Shown here: one piece after another, positions 1-9,616 of the stretch
Layout of the letters: the number at the start of each line of letters is the position of its first letter
Numbering within the stretch: the stretch's first letter is position 1
NCBI GenBank assembly: GCA_963745035.1
Contig: CAVUVW010000013.1
Span: 960,001-1,024,000, forward strand
Source: an uncultured delta proteobacterium
GTDB taxonomy: Bacteria > Desulfobacterota > Binatia > UBA9968
Direction of reading: 5' to 3'
Length of the DNA stretch: 64,000 nt
Notes under the pieces: model-generated
Databases searched by the model: none
The model's input: the letters and a program-made list of their open reading frames with translations, nothing else
Told to the model about the DNA's origin: nothing
Translations under genes and position numbers: made by a program

Positions 1-1823
1 GGATGCGGATCGCCGTTTTGAAAATAGAAGATTCTTGCGTGCTCGAGGTAGCGATCGACGATCGAGATCACGCGAATGCGTTCGGAGAGGCCGGCGACAC
101 CGGGCCGCAGGCTGCACATGCCACGGACGAGGAGGTCGACCCCCACACCCGCCTGGCTGGCTTCGTAAAGCTTGCCGATAACTGGACGGTCAATGAGACT
201 GTTGACTTTGGCGATGATGTGCGCCGGACGGCCGGCAAGCGCGTGCTCGGTTTCGCGCTCGATCATGCGGATGAAATGCTCGCGCAATTTCATCGGCGCC
301 ATCAGCACGTGACGGAACCGCTGCGGGCGCGTATAGCCGGTCAAAAGATTGAAGACCTCGGTGAGGTCCTCGCCGAATTCCGCTCGGGAAGTAAACAGCC
401 CAAGATCGCTGTAGATCGCGCTGGTGCGGACGTTATAGTTGCCCGTCGACAAATGGCAGTAGCGCCGGATGCCGTCGGACTCCTGGCGCACGACCAGGCA
501 GACTTTGCAGTGGGTCTTGTAGCCGATCAGCCCGTAGACCACATGCGCGCCGACTTCCTCCAGAGCGCGCGCCCAGGTGATGTTGGCCTCCTCATCGAAG
601 CGCGCCTGGAGTTCGACCAGAACGGACACTTCCTTTCCCGCTTCGGCGGCCCGGGCGAGCGCCTGCGCGATCGGCGAATTGGAGCTGACCCGATAGAGCG
701 TCATTTTGATCGCCAACACCTTCGGATCCTTGGCGGCCTCTTCGACGAAGTGAGTTACGGCGTCGAACGACTGGTAGGGATGAAAGATCATGACATCGCC
801 GCTTCGTATGGCGTTCCATAAGTCATGACCTCGCTCAAAACAGGAAAAGGACAACGGCACCTGCGCGCGGTCCTTGAGCTTCGGGAGATTGATGCTTTGA
901 TACAGTTGAAACAGATCGGTAAACGCGGTGAACCCTCTGCCGGGATACAAATCGGCGCCGCTCAATTCGAGCTCTTCAACCAGTTGGTTCAACAGCTCCC
1001 TGGGTAAATCGGGATCGTATTGCAGGCGCACGGCGTCGCCCATCCGGCGCTCGCGCACGCCCTGCTCGATGGTCATCAACAAGTCTTCATTGCGCCGCCG
1101 CACGACGCCGAACTCGGCATCGCGGGTAACCCGCACCGCGTGGGCGGAAAGAATATCGAAACCCTGGTAGAGGCGAGGCAGAAAGCGACGAAGCACGTGC
1201 TCCAGCAGAATAAACGCGTATTGGCCTTCCTTCGCGGGCAGTTGAATGAACCGCGGCACCACGTGACCGGGAAGATGCAAGATCGATACTTCGGAATGGG
1301 GCAAGGGAGAGGCGGTTTTTGCTCGCAGCGAAACCACCAGCGACAGCGACCGGTTGGCGAGATACGGAAACGGGTGACCCGGGTCCACGGCCAGCGGCGT
1401 GACGATCGGATAGAGCGTTCGTTGAAAAAATTCGTCGAGAAACTCATGCTGCGCGCCGGCCAACTCCTCAGGATGGACGAGATGAATATCCTGTGCCGTC
1501 AGGTGCGGCAGAACCTGATCCAGAAAGCAGGCGTGCTGTTCTTCGGTGAGGTCATGGACCTTTTGCGAAATCGCCGCCAATACCGCCGCCGGATCGTCGC
1601 CGTCGGAATCAGGCTCGATTGCTTCATTTTCGACCCGCCGCTTGAGGCCGGCCACGCGCACCATGAAAAATTCGTCGAGGTTGGAGCTGAAGATCGCCAG
1701 GAATTTTAGTCTTTCGAGCAGCGGAACACGCGCGTCCTTGGCCTCCTCCAATACTCGGCGATTGAACTCGAGCCAGGACAAGTCGCGATTGAGCAGCGGA
1801 ATGCCCGCGTCCTCCGAAGTCAT
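1..1823 (-). CDS. ppk1: Polyphosphate kinase 1 (3' end runs off the window)
   Basis: Manual minus-strand translation from ATG at 1823: MTSEDAGIPLLNRDLSWLEFNRRVLEEA...LLERLKFLAIFSSNLDEFFMVRVAGLK, the Ppk1 N-terminal signature. Absent from the ORF track because no stop lies in the window. Confidence 0.95.
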   Translation of the reverse strand, partial: MTSEDAGIPLLNRDLSWLEFNRRVLEEAKDARVPLLERLKFLAIFSSNLDEFFMVRVAGLKRRVENEAIEPDSDGDDPAAVLAAISQKVHDLTEEQHACFLDQVLPHLTAQDIHLVHPEELAGAQHEFLDEFFQRTLYPIVTPLAVDPGHPFPYLANRSLSLVVSLRAKTASPLPHSEVSILHLPGHVVPRFIQLPAKEGQYAFILLEHVLRRFLPRLYQGFDILSAHAVRVTRDAEFGVVRRRNEDLLMTIEQGVRERRMGDAVRLQYDPDLPRELLNQLVEELELSGADLYPGRGFTAFTDLFQLYQSINLPKLKDRAQVPLSFSCFERGHDLWNAIRSGDVMIFHPYQSFDAVTHFVEEAAKDPKVLAIKMTLYRVSSNSPIAQALARAAEAGKEVSVLVELQARFDEEANITWARALEEVGAHVVYGLIGYKTHCKVCLVVRQESDGIRRYCHLSTGNYNVRTSAIYSDLGLFTSRAEFGEDLTEVFNLLTGYTRPQRFRHVLMAPMKLREHFIRMIERETEHALAGRPAHIIAKVNSLIDRPVIGKLYEASQAGVGVDLLVRGMCSLRPGVAGLSERIRVISIVDRYLEHARIFYFQNGDPH

Positions 1824-1974
1824 CAAAATTGAGTTTAACGCATAAGCGCGACCGAACAATAGGTTTGCAGAAAATACCGTTCGGCGGCGCCGCGGCGCCG
1901 CACCGATTGCGTCTCTTTTCATTCGCCGCGCCTGGATATCGCCGCCTGAAAGATCGATATTGTAACGACGTTGT

Positions 1975-2712
1975 ATGATTTCCTCCCGCGGCACGCTTCG
2001 CGTTGGAACTTCCGGTTTCCACTACAATCACTGGCGGGGCATTTTTTATCCGCGCGATTTAGCCCAATCGGCATGGTTCGGCCATTACGCGCAGCGCTTC
2101 GATACCGTGGAGATCAACAATACGTTCTACCATCTGCCGTCCGCCTCGGCCTTCGACTCTTGGAAGCGACAAGCCCCGGCGGATTTCATTTACGCCCTCA
2201 AGTTCAATCGCTACGGCTCGCACTGGATGCGCCTCAAAAATCCCCGGGCGACCATCGGCAACTTCTTGAAAGCGGCGAGAAGGCTGGGCGGATTTCTTGG
2301 CCCGATTCTCGTGCAGCTGCCGCCGCATTGGAGCGTAAACGCCGCGCGATTGGATGACTTTCTCGCCGCCGCACCGCGCGCGCTTCGCTGGGCGGTTGAA
2401 TTCCGCAACCCGAGCTGGCTCTGCGACGAGGTTTACAACGTTCTTGAGCGCTATAAAGCCGCTCTCTGCATCCACGACATGATCAAGAATCATCCGCGCA
2501 TTCTGACGGCGGACTGGACCTATTTGCGCTACCACGGAGAGCGCTACTCCGGGAGCTATTCGCACCAGAAACTGGCGGCCAAGGCGGGATGGATTCGGCG
2601 GCAGCTCGCGACCGGCAAGGACGTGTTCGCCTACTTCAACAACGACGCTCAAGGATTCGCGGTGAGCAATGCGGCTGACCTAAGTCGATATGTTTTGAGA
2701 GGCAAAAGTTAA
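1975..2712 (+). CDS. DUF72 family protein
   Basis: VGTSGFHY-HWRGIFYP, FDTVEINNTFY, LVQLPP, AVEFRNPSW, YLRYHG and YFNND motifs. Confidence 0.9.
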   Translation: MISSRGTLRVGTSGFHYNHWRGIFYPRDLAQSAWFGHYAQRFDTVEINNTFYHLPSASAFDSWKRQAPADFIYALKFNRYGSHWMRLKNPRATIGNFLKAARRLGGFLGPILVQLPPHWSVNAARLDDFLAAAPRALRWAVEFRNPSWLCDEVYNVLERYKAALCIHDMIKNHPRILTADWTYLRYHGERYSGSYSHQKLAAKAGWIRRQLATGKDVFAYFNNDAQGFAVSNAADLSRYVLRGKS

Positions 2713-2779
2713 ACGTTCGCGGCGGGGATCGGGAGCGCCGGCTGCAAGGAAAGTCTCTCTGCGAGCTCAGGAGACCTTG

Positions 2780-3040
2780 TTACTGCTCGTTGTCTTCCTT
2801 GGCCAGTCCCGCCAATTCCTTGAGCTCGAGCTTTCCCTCTTTGTCGCGCACCAGCATCTCGATCTTCTTTTCGACGTCGTTGAGTTTCTGATTGCAGAAG
2901 CGCACCAGTCCGACGCCATTCTCGAAGGCGGACAGCGAATCTTCCAAGCTCAACTCGCCGGATTCGAGCTGTTCGACGATCTGCTCCAACTCTTCGAGCG
3001 CCGCTTCGAACTTTTTGTCCGCGGGATCTTTTCGCGCCAT
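2780..3040 (-). CDS. xseB: Exodeoxyribonuclease VII small subunit
   Basis: MARKDPADKKFEAALEELEQIVEQLESGELSLEDSLSAFENG...; 3' part of ORF 2780..3529; near xseA. Confidence 0.93.
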   Translation of the reverse strand: MARKDPADKKFEAALEELEQIVEQLESGELSLEDSLSAFENGVGLVRFCNQKLNDVEKKIEMLVRDKEGKLELKELAGLAKEDNEQ

Positions 3041-3041
3041 A

Positions 3042-3965
3042 CTATTTCTCCCCGTCGTTCGCCAAAGGCGCCGCTTGTGCAGCCGGCGGCCAATGGCCGG
3101 AAATCTTTTTGAGCAACTCGAGCGGATCGATTCTGGCGTTCGCCAGCCGCGCGCCCCAGTGCAGGTGAGCGCCGGTGACTCTCCCGGTCGCGCCCGATAG
3201 GCCCAGAACATCGCCCCTGCGCACCATCGTTCCCTCTCCGAACCGCAACTCGGAGAGGTGAAAATACATCGTAAACAGCCCGCCGCCGTGATCCAACACC
3301 ACGCTGCCGCCGGCAAAGAAGAAGTCTCCCGCCAGGGCCACGCGTCCGTGATTGGTCGCGGCCACTTCGGTCCCGGCCGGCGATGATAGATCCGTTCCGC
3401 TATGCGGCGCGCGCGGCTTGCCGTTGATGATCCGGCGCGAGCCGAACGACGAAGCCGACGCTTCGTGCGGCACGGGGCGGAGAAACGGCGCATCCCAGAA
3501 TCGCTCCGCCGCCGGCGTCGCAAAGACATGCGCGAAGGCCGCCTGCTCGCGGCGAATTTCTTCGAGGTTTTCCGGCGTCATCCGATCGAAGCCCGGCGGC
3601 ACGTTGAAAGATTCCTGGCGAAAGGATTTGGCTTTGATTTTGATCGGAACGTCGGCGTGAACCGCGGGGCCGGACTGGGTGCGCGCGCTCAAGCGGAGCT
3701 TTGACGAGGCCGGCTTTGCGTCCACGTCCGCGCCGACGATGGCGCTGAACGTCGCCGGGCCGACCGCGTAAAAAACAATTTTCTCCTTGCCGAGGGCGCC
3801 CTCGAGCGCCGCGATCCGCGCGTCCGATACGCGGACCTCGACCAACTCGCCTTGAAAAACTTCTATCGACTTGGGCCAGGCGATCGGATTGTCGCCCGCG
3901 CCGAAGGCAGGCTCGAACCGAAGCAACAACGCGAGCGCGCTCGCCAGCCACACTGAGGACCGCAT
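3042..3965 (-). CDS. M23 family metallopeptidase, exported
   Basis: Signal peptide; HSGTD, YFHLS and TGRVTGAHLHW M23 motifs. Confidence 0.9.
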   Translation of the reverse strand: MRSSVWLASALALLLRFEPAFGAGDNPIAWPKSIEVFQGELVEVRVSDARIAALEGALGKEKIVFYAVGPATFSAIVGADVDAKPASSKLRLSARTQSGPAVHADVPIKIKAKSFRQESFNVPPGFDRMTPENLEEIRREQAAFAHVFATPAAERFWDAPFLRPVPHEASASSFGSRRIINGKPRAPHSGTDLSSPAGTEVAATNHGRVALAGDFFFAGGSVVLDHGGGLFTMYFHLSELRFGEGTMVRRGDVLGLSGATGRVTGAHLHWGARLANARIDPLELLKKISGHWPPAAQAAPLANDGEK

Positions 3966-3966
3966 C

Positions 3967-5229
3967 TCATTCCTTTTCTTCCACTCGGCAAAGCGCCTTT
4001 CCCAGCGCGAAACTGACGCGCAACAGATCGCCCGCGGCCAACGTCGCCGCGTCCTTGACGATGCGCTCTTCGGGCAGCTTATGGGCGATGCTGTAGCCGC
4101 GCTCCAGCACCGCCAGCGGGCTCAAGGCCGCCAGCCGCCCGCTCTGGCGCGCCAGATGATCGCGGCACTTGCGCACGCGCTCCTGAAAGCGGCGCAAGAG
4201 ACTGATAGAGAGCTCGTCCACGCGCTGCTGGTCCTCGCGCAGCCTACGGCCCGGATCGGCGAGGCGCTTGACCCATATCTGCAAATCTTCCCGTGCCGCG
4301 TCGAGCTTTGCTTCCACGCATCTTTGCAGTTGCAGCTCGATCGCCTCGACCCGTTCGAGGAGATCCGCGCGGCGCGGCACGATCATCTCGGCCGCCGCAG
4401 TCGGGGTGGGCGCGCGCTGGTCGGCGACAAAATCGGCGATGGTAAAATCGACTTCATGGCCGACCGCGGAAACCACCGGAATCCTGGACCCATGGATCGC
4501 CCGCGCGACGATTTCTTCGTTGAACGCCCAGAGATCTTCCAGCGATCCGCCGCCGCGCCCGGCGATGATCACGTCGACGCCGCCCAGGCGATTCAAATCC
4601 GCGATCCCCGCAGCGATCTCCCACGCGGCGCCGTCGCCCTGCACTTTCACCGCGCGCACGACGATCCGGCGCTGGGGAAAACGGTCGCCGAAGATTCGCA
4701 ACATATCGTGCAGCGCCGCACCGCGCTCGGAAGTCACGATGCCGATGGTCTGCGGCAAAAAAGGCAGCGGCCGCTTTCGCTCGCGCGCAAACAAACCCTC
4801 GGTCGCGAGCTTTTTCTTGAGCTGCTCGAAGGCGAGATAGAGCGCCCCCTGCCCTTGCGGCTCCATGTCTTCGACGTAGAGCTGCAAGTCGCCCCGCGCC
4901 GAGTACACCGACACTCGCCCATAGCACAAGAGCGCCATGCCGTTTTCCGGCACGAAGCGCAGGCGCATGCCTTGGCGACGAAACATGACTGCGCAGATTT
5001 GGCTACGGTCGTCTTTGAGAGTGAAATAGTAATGGCCCGACGGCGGCACGCGCAAGTTGGATACCTCGCCCTGCACCCATAAAGCCTCCAGGCGCGATTC
5101 CAGCGTGCCCTTGATGAGCTCGTTCAATTCGCTGATGGTCAGGAACTTGCGGCTCGCTGCCGCGCTGAACAGCGGCAGCTCAGAATCTTGTTCGACGGCT
5201 CGAGACACTTTGTCGCTCGTCTTTCGCAC
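3967..5229 (-). CDS. xseA: Exodeoxyribonuclease VII large subunit
   Basis: GEVSN...SGHYYFTLKD, RGGGSLEDLWAFNEE, SAVGHEVD, RAPTPTAAAE; exact start uncertain. Confidence 0.95.
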   Translation of the reverse strand: MRKTSDKVSRAVEQDSELPLFSAAASRKFLTISELNELIKGTLESRLEALWVQGEVSNLRVPPSGHYYFTLKDDRSQICAVMFRRQGMRLRFVPENGMALLCYGRVSVYSARGDLQLYVEDMEPQGQGALYLAFEQLKKKLATEGLFARERKRPLPFLPQTIGIVTSERGAALHDMLRIFGDRFPQRRIVVRAVKVQGDGAAWEIAAGIADLNRLGGVDVIIAGRGGGSLEDLWAFNEEIVARAIHGSRIPVVSAVGHEVDFTIADFVADQRAPTPTAAAEMIVPRRADLLERVEAIELQLQRCVEAKLDAAREDLQIWVKRLADPGRRLREDQQRVDELSISLLRRFQERVRKCRDHLARQSGRLAALSPLAVLERGYSIAHKLPEERIVKDAATLAAGDLLRVSFALGKALCRVEEKE

Positions 5230-5267
5230 AAAAAAATTAGCCCTCCACGGGGAGGGCTAATAAAAAA
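5230..5267. terminator. Intrinsic terminator, likely bidirectional
   Basis: TTAGCCCTCC-acgg-GGAGGGCTAA stem flanked by A runs, just downstream of the S41 protease stop. Confidence 0.75.
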
Positions 5268-5285
5268 TCTCCGCCGCGCTCGAAG

Positions 5286-6647
5286 CTAGGCGGCCTTTTT
5301 CTGCACCACCTGCTTGAAGACATCCCAGCTCTTCAACAAATCGAGGGCCCGTTTGAGCTGCGCGTCTTTGTCGATCGTGTCGTCGCCGGTCGGCGCCGAG
5401 GACGGGATCTGCTTTTCCCGCTCCTGGTCGGTTTGGTTTAATTGCGGCGCGGGTGTCTGCTGCGGATTATTCAAATGTCCCGGGAGATTTTCTTCGCGAA
5501 TCCCCGGCCGCCGCGCCGGCTGCTCGGGTTTACCGTCCGCGGGAGCATTGTCTAAGACAATATCGGGCACGATCCCCGTCGCTTGAATCGAGCGGCCGCC
5601 CGGCGTGAAATAGCGCGCCGTGGTCAAGCGCAGCGCCGAGCTGTCGTCCAACGGCAAGATCGTCTGCACCGAACCTTTGCCGAAGGTTTTGGTTCCGAGC
5701 ACGACCGCGCGTTTATGGTCCTGCAATGCGCCGGCGACGATCTCCGACGCGCTCGCGCTGCCGCCGTTCACCAGCACGACGATCGGGAATTCCATCCACG
5801 TGCCATCCTTTTGCGCGAAATATTTTTGCCGCTGCGCCTCGATGCGGCCTTCGGTATAGACGATCATCCCCGACTCCAGGAACAAATCCGAAATGCGGAC
5901 GGCCTGGGTCAACAGCCCGCCCGGATTGTTGCGTAGATCGAGCACCAGCCCGCGGATGCCGGTTTTCTCCGCGGCAAACTTTTCCAGCGCGCGCTGCAGA
6001 TCGCGATCGCTGCGCTCCTGAAACTGCGCCAGCCGGACATAGGCATAGCCGGGCTCGAGGCTACGGCTTCGTACGCTCTGCACGCGGATGATGTCGCGCA
6101 CCAGGGTGAATTCGACAAGGTCGGTGACGCCATCGCGCTTGATCGTCAGATTGATCTTGGTGCCTTTCAGGCCGCGCATTTTTTTCACCGCGTCGACCAG
6201 TGACATGTCCTTGGTAAACTCGTCTTCGATCTTGAAAATTTGATCGCCGGGCTTGATGCCCGCTTTGGCCGCAGGGGTGTCTTCGATCGGCGAGACCACG
6301 GTCAAGATTCCGCCCTTCACGGTGATCTCAATTCCCAGCCCGCCGAAGCGTCCCTGGGTGTCGCTCTGCAATTCCTTGTAAAGATCGGGAGTCAGATACG
6401 CGCTGTGCGGATCGAGGGAGTTGAGCATGCCGTTGATCGCGCCATTGACCAGGTTTTTGGTCTCGACGTCTTCGACGTAGTTCTTTCTGACGATCGACAA
6501 GATGTTGCTGAACGCCTCCAGGCTCTCGTAGTCCTGCCGGCCCACCGCCGCAACGTTCGGCACCCAATGGGCGGAGAGAAAAAGTCCCAAAGCCATACCG
6601 ACAAACAAAAGCAGAAACGGCGTTCCGTGTTTTCGCACCATGCGCAT
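5286..6647 (-). CDS. S41 carboxyl-terminal processing protease (CtpA-like)
   Basis: LDPHS, PDZ GGLGIEI, DLRNNPGGLL, SASASEIVAGALQD, TFGKGSVQ. Confidence 0.95.
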   Translation of the reverse strand: MRMVRKHGTPFLLLFVGMALGLFLSAHWVPNVAAVGRQDYESLEAFSNILSIVRKNYVEDVETKNLVNGAINGMLNSLDPHSAYLTPDLYKELQSDTQGRFGGLGIEITVKGGILTVVSPIEDTPAAKAGIKPGDQIFKIEDEFTKDMSLVDAVKKMRGLKGTKINLTIKRDGVTDLVEFTLVRDIIRVQSVRSRSLEPGYAYVRLAQFQERSDRDLQRALEKFAAEKTGIRGLVLDLRNNPGGLLTQAVRISDLFLESGMIVYTEGRIEAQRQKYFAQKDGTWMEFPIVVLVNGGSASASEIVAGALQDHKRAVVLGTKTFGKGSVQTILPLDDSSALRLTTARYFTPGGRSIQATGIVPDIVLDNAPADGKPEQPARRPGIREENLPGHLNNPQQTPAPQLNQTDQEREKQIPSSAPTGDDTIDKDAQLKRALDLLKSWDVFKQVVQKKAA

Positions 6648-6713
6648 TTGGCGTCTCCTCGATGGATTTTCAGGTTCGACTTGAGCGAGTCTATCCCAAC
6701 CAAAATAAAATAT

Positions 6714-7874
6714 CTAATGCTTTCCAAGCCACGGCACGGGGTCGAGGGAATGACCGTCCTTGCGCATCTCGAAATAGAGCTTCGCGGTCGTTGGCGAGTC
6801 GCCCTCACCGGCCCGGCCAAGGGCTTCCCCACGGCTGATCATATCTCCATTTTTCTTAATGATTTCAGAAAGATGGCCGTAAATTGTATAGTAACGCTCA
6901 CCATGATCAACGATCACCATTTTACCGTAGCCGGAGAACTGATCGGCGTACACCACCCGGCCTTTTTCCACCGCCTTGACCGCCTCGCCCGCAGCCGCCT
7001 CGATATCGATGCCCTTGCGCACGATCTCGGCGGCGAACTCGGGATGTTTGAACTTGCCGAACGGCGCGGTCACCTGACCGCGCACCGGCCACTGCAGGCG
7101 GCCGCGCAGCGCCGCCAAGCCGCTGCCCGGCGACGGCGCTGACGGCAAATCTCTGGGTTTGACCAAGGCTCGCCGCGCGATGTCGTCCAGCATTTTTTCC
7201 AGCCGCCTGGCGGCGGCCTCCATCTGCTGCAGGGCGCGCAGCCGGGTCTGTTTTTCCCGGCGCAAGCTGGTCAACAGCAACTGCTTTTTCTGCGCTTCGC
7301 GGCGCATCTCCTCGCGCGCCGTGCCGATCGCCTGCCTTTGCTCCGCCAGCTCTTCGTGTTTGTGCGCGAGCTCCTGGCGCAGCTCATGGTGCTCCTCGGT
7401 TTCCTGCTCGAGCTTGGCCAACAGCTCGCGGTCGAAGGAAAGCGCCGCGGTGAGATAGCGCTGCCGCCGCATCAAGCTGCTCAACGACCCGTCGCCGCTG
7501 AGAATCATGAGCGGGCTGCCGGCGCGCTGCCAGCGATACAAGGCCGCGGCGCGTTTTTCGAAGAGTGCGAGGCGCGCGGCGGTGGACTCGGCGAGCCGGT
7601 CCGCCTCGGCCTGCTTGGCCCGCAGCTCGCCGGCGATCGAAGACAGCTTGGCGTTGGCGCGCTGGATCTCCTGGTTGCGTTTTTCGAGCTCGCTTTGGAT
7701 CTTGCCGAGCGAATCGGCGGTCGAGCTCTCTTTGGCCCCCAATTGAGACAAGCCGCGCTTCTCGGTCTCGATTTTTTTCTTCATGCCCTCCAGCTCGCGG
7801 TCGGTCGCCGCCGCGCCCGCCAGCAGCGGGCCGGCGACAAAAACCAGCAGAATTACGCTCGCGCGGCGCGCCAT
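6714..7874 (-). CDS. envC: Murein hydrolase activator EnvC
   Basis: Starts MARRASVILLVFVAG; long coiled coil followed by degenerate M23 (WPVRG, GIDI, LYFEMRKDG); follows ftsEX. Confidence 0.85.
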   Translation of the reverse strand: MARRASVILLVFVAGPLLAGAAATDRELEGMKKKIETEKRGLSQLGAKESSTADSLGKIQSELEKRNQEIQRANAKLSSIAGELRAKQAEADRLAESTAARLALFEKRAAALYRWQRAGSPLMILSGDGSLSSLMRRQRYLTAALSFDRELLAKLEQETEEHHELRQELAHKHEELAEQRQAIGTAREEMRREAQKKQLLLTSLRREKQTRLRALQQMEAAARRLEKMLDDIARRALVKPRDLPSAPSPGSGLAALRGRLQWPVRGQVTAPFGKFKHPEFAAEIVRKGIDIEAAAGEAVKAVEKGRVVYADQFSGYGKMVIVDHGERYYTIYGHLSEIIKKNGDMISRGEALGRAGEGDSPTTAKLYFEMRKDGHSLDPVPWLGKH

Positions 7875-8770
7875 GTTTTTATAAACCTCCTGAGCGCAAC
7901 CACACTGCCGGCCGCGCCGAGAAACAGGCCGATCGCCGCGAGCAGCAAAACGCCGCGCAGATCGAGAAACTGCGGCTCGCCAAGCGGCGCGAGCAAACCG
8001 CCGGCCGGAGCCGCTTCCCGCTGCACGAGAAAAAACGCCGCGGCCAATCCGACGAGGGCGAGCGCCGCGCCCACCAAGCCTTGGAGCATGCCTTCGATCA
8101 CGAACGGCGCCTGGATCAGCTCTTCGGAGGCGCCGACCAGTTGCATGATCTCGACTTCGTCCTTGCGCGCCAGAGCCGCCAGCTTGACCGTGCTGCCGAC
8201 GATAAAAAAAGTCGCCAGAAAGAGCGCTCCGGCCAAAAACCACTTGATCCATCCGACCGCGAGCACAACCAGTCCGAGCCGTTCCACCCATTCCAGCGGA
8301 TACTCGACGCTGGCGATTTCGCTTTCCCGCCTCAGGCGCTCGGCCAACGCTTCCACCGTCGGCGCATCGCGATCGGCGGGCTTGAGCGAAATCTCGATGG
8401 ACGCGGGGAGCGCTTCGCGGGGCAGGCCGTCGAGCAGTCCCGACTGCGCGCCGAGGGCCGCTTGAAAATCGCGCCAGGCCTGCTCGCGGCTGATGTGCCG
8501 CGCCTGTTCCACCTCGGCCATCGTGCGCACGCGTTGAAGCAGCGCCGCGACGTCGTCCGCGGCTGCGTCTTCGCTCAGATACGCGGTGATCTGAATCTGC
8601 TCGCCCCAACCCTTCAGCATTTTTTCCAGGTTGATCTCGACCAGCATAAACGCGCCCAAGACAAACAAGGTCAGCGCCATGATTCCGGCGGTCAGCACAT
8701 GAGCCCAGAAAAGCTGCCGAAGATTGTCGCGCACCCGGCGCAGCACAAAGCCGAGCAGGGAAAATTTCAC
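7853..8770 (-). CDS. ftsX: Cell division permease FtsX
   Basis: 4 TM segments, LPASIEI, EVEIMQLVGAS...APFVIEG; coupled to ftsE. Confidence 0.9.
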   Translation of the reverse strand: MKFSLLGFVLRRVRDNLRQLFWAHVLTAGIMALTLFVLGAFMLVEINLEKMLKGWGEQIQITAYLSEDAAADDVAALLQRVRTMAEVEQARHISREQAWRDFQAALGAQSGLLDGLPREALPASIEISLKPADRDAPTVEALAERLRRESEIASVEYPLEWVERLGLVVLAVGWIKWFLAGALFLATFFIVGSTVKLAALARKDEVEIMQLVGASEELIQAPFVIEGMLQGLVGAALALVGLAAAFFLVQREAAPAGGLLAPLGEPQFLDLRGVLLLAAIGLFLGAAGSVVALRRFIKTWRAARA

Positions 8771-9456
8771 CGCGCGATGCTCCCGCCCGACGGCCACTCG
8801 GCGTCGTCGCTCAACACTCCGCGATGCAGCGACAACACGCGCATGCCGTAGCGATCGATGATCGCAAGATCGTGGGTCGCGACGATCACCGTCGCGCCGC
8901 GATCGCGCGTGCGCAGCAGCAGGTGCATGATTTCGTCGGCGGTTTCGGCGTCGAGGTTGCCGGTCGGCTCGTCGGCCAAGACGAGCCGCGGCTCGTTGAT
9001 CAAAGCGCGCGCGATCGCGACCCGCTGCTGCTCGCCCGCCGAAAGCGCCGACGCCTTGGCGTCGTAGCGTTCGCGCAGGCCGAGATCCCGCAGCAACTGG
9101 TAGGCTTTGATGCGGCTCGTTTTCTTGGAGGCGCCGATCACTTCAGCCGCCAGCGCGACGTTTTGCAGCGCCGTCAAACCGTCCAGGAGCTTGCATTCCT
9201 GAAATACCAGACCGATCGTCCGGCGCAAGCGGGCAACGCCGCGGCGATTGAGGCGCGCGAGGTTTTTGCCGTCGATCAAGATCTGCCCCGCGCTCGGCTC
9301 CTCCTCGCGAAACAACAGCTTGAGCAACGTCGACTTGCCGGCGCCGCTGGCGCCGGCGACGAAAACCAGCTCGCCCCTGGCGATTTCCACTGTGATGTCG
9401 GTCAACGCACGGCGGCTCGGCTCATAGGTTTTCGAGACGTGCAAAAGCTGGATCAT
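8767..9456 (-). CDS. ftsE: Cell division ATP-binding protein FtsE
   Basis: [33 protein letters not shown]; upstream of ftsX-envC. Confidence 0.9.
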   Translation of the reverse strand: MIQLLHVSKTYEPSRRALTDITVEIARGELVFVAGASGAGKSTLLKLLFREEEPSAGQILIDGKNLARLNRRGVARLRRTIGLVFQECKLLDGLTALQNVALAAEVIGASKKTSRIKAYQLLRDLGLRERYDAKASALSAGEQQRVAIARALINEPRLVLADEPTGNLDAETADEIMHLLLRTRDRGATVIVATHDLAIIDRYGMRVLSLHRGVLSDDAEWPSGGSIAR

Positions 9457-9616
9457 CGAAACTGAAAATCCGCTGCCAGAATCGCTATTTATCGTGGAAA
9501 CTATCTTGACATGCAGGTAGGCGGTTGTTAGAGTTGTCGGACTTGACCGTCTGCGGCTATCTATAAAGAATGCCGCGCCAAGTTACAAGCACTCGCAGCC
9601 GGAGGCAACCGAACCG

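Noticed and set aside
3-1709. Long + strand ORFs (3..821, 1020..1709) and similar long antisense ORFs across the window
   Set aside because: They are shadows of real minus-strand genes such as ppk1, typical of high-GC DNA.
6714-8609. 631-aa EnvC, 468-aa SirB1 and 535-aa RibD N-terminal extensions in the ORF track
   Set aside because: The extensions overlap upstream genes in another frame; real starts are internal.
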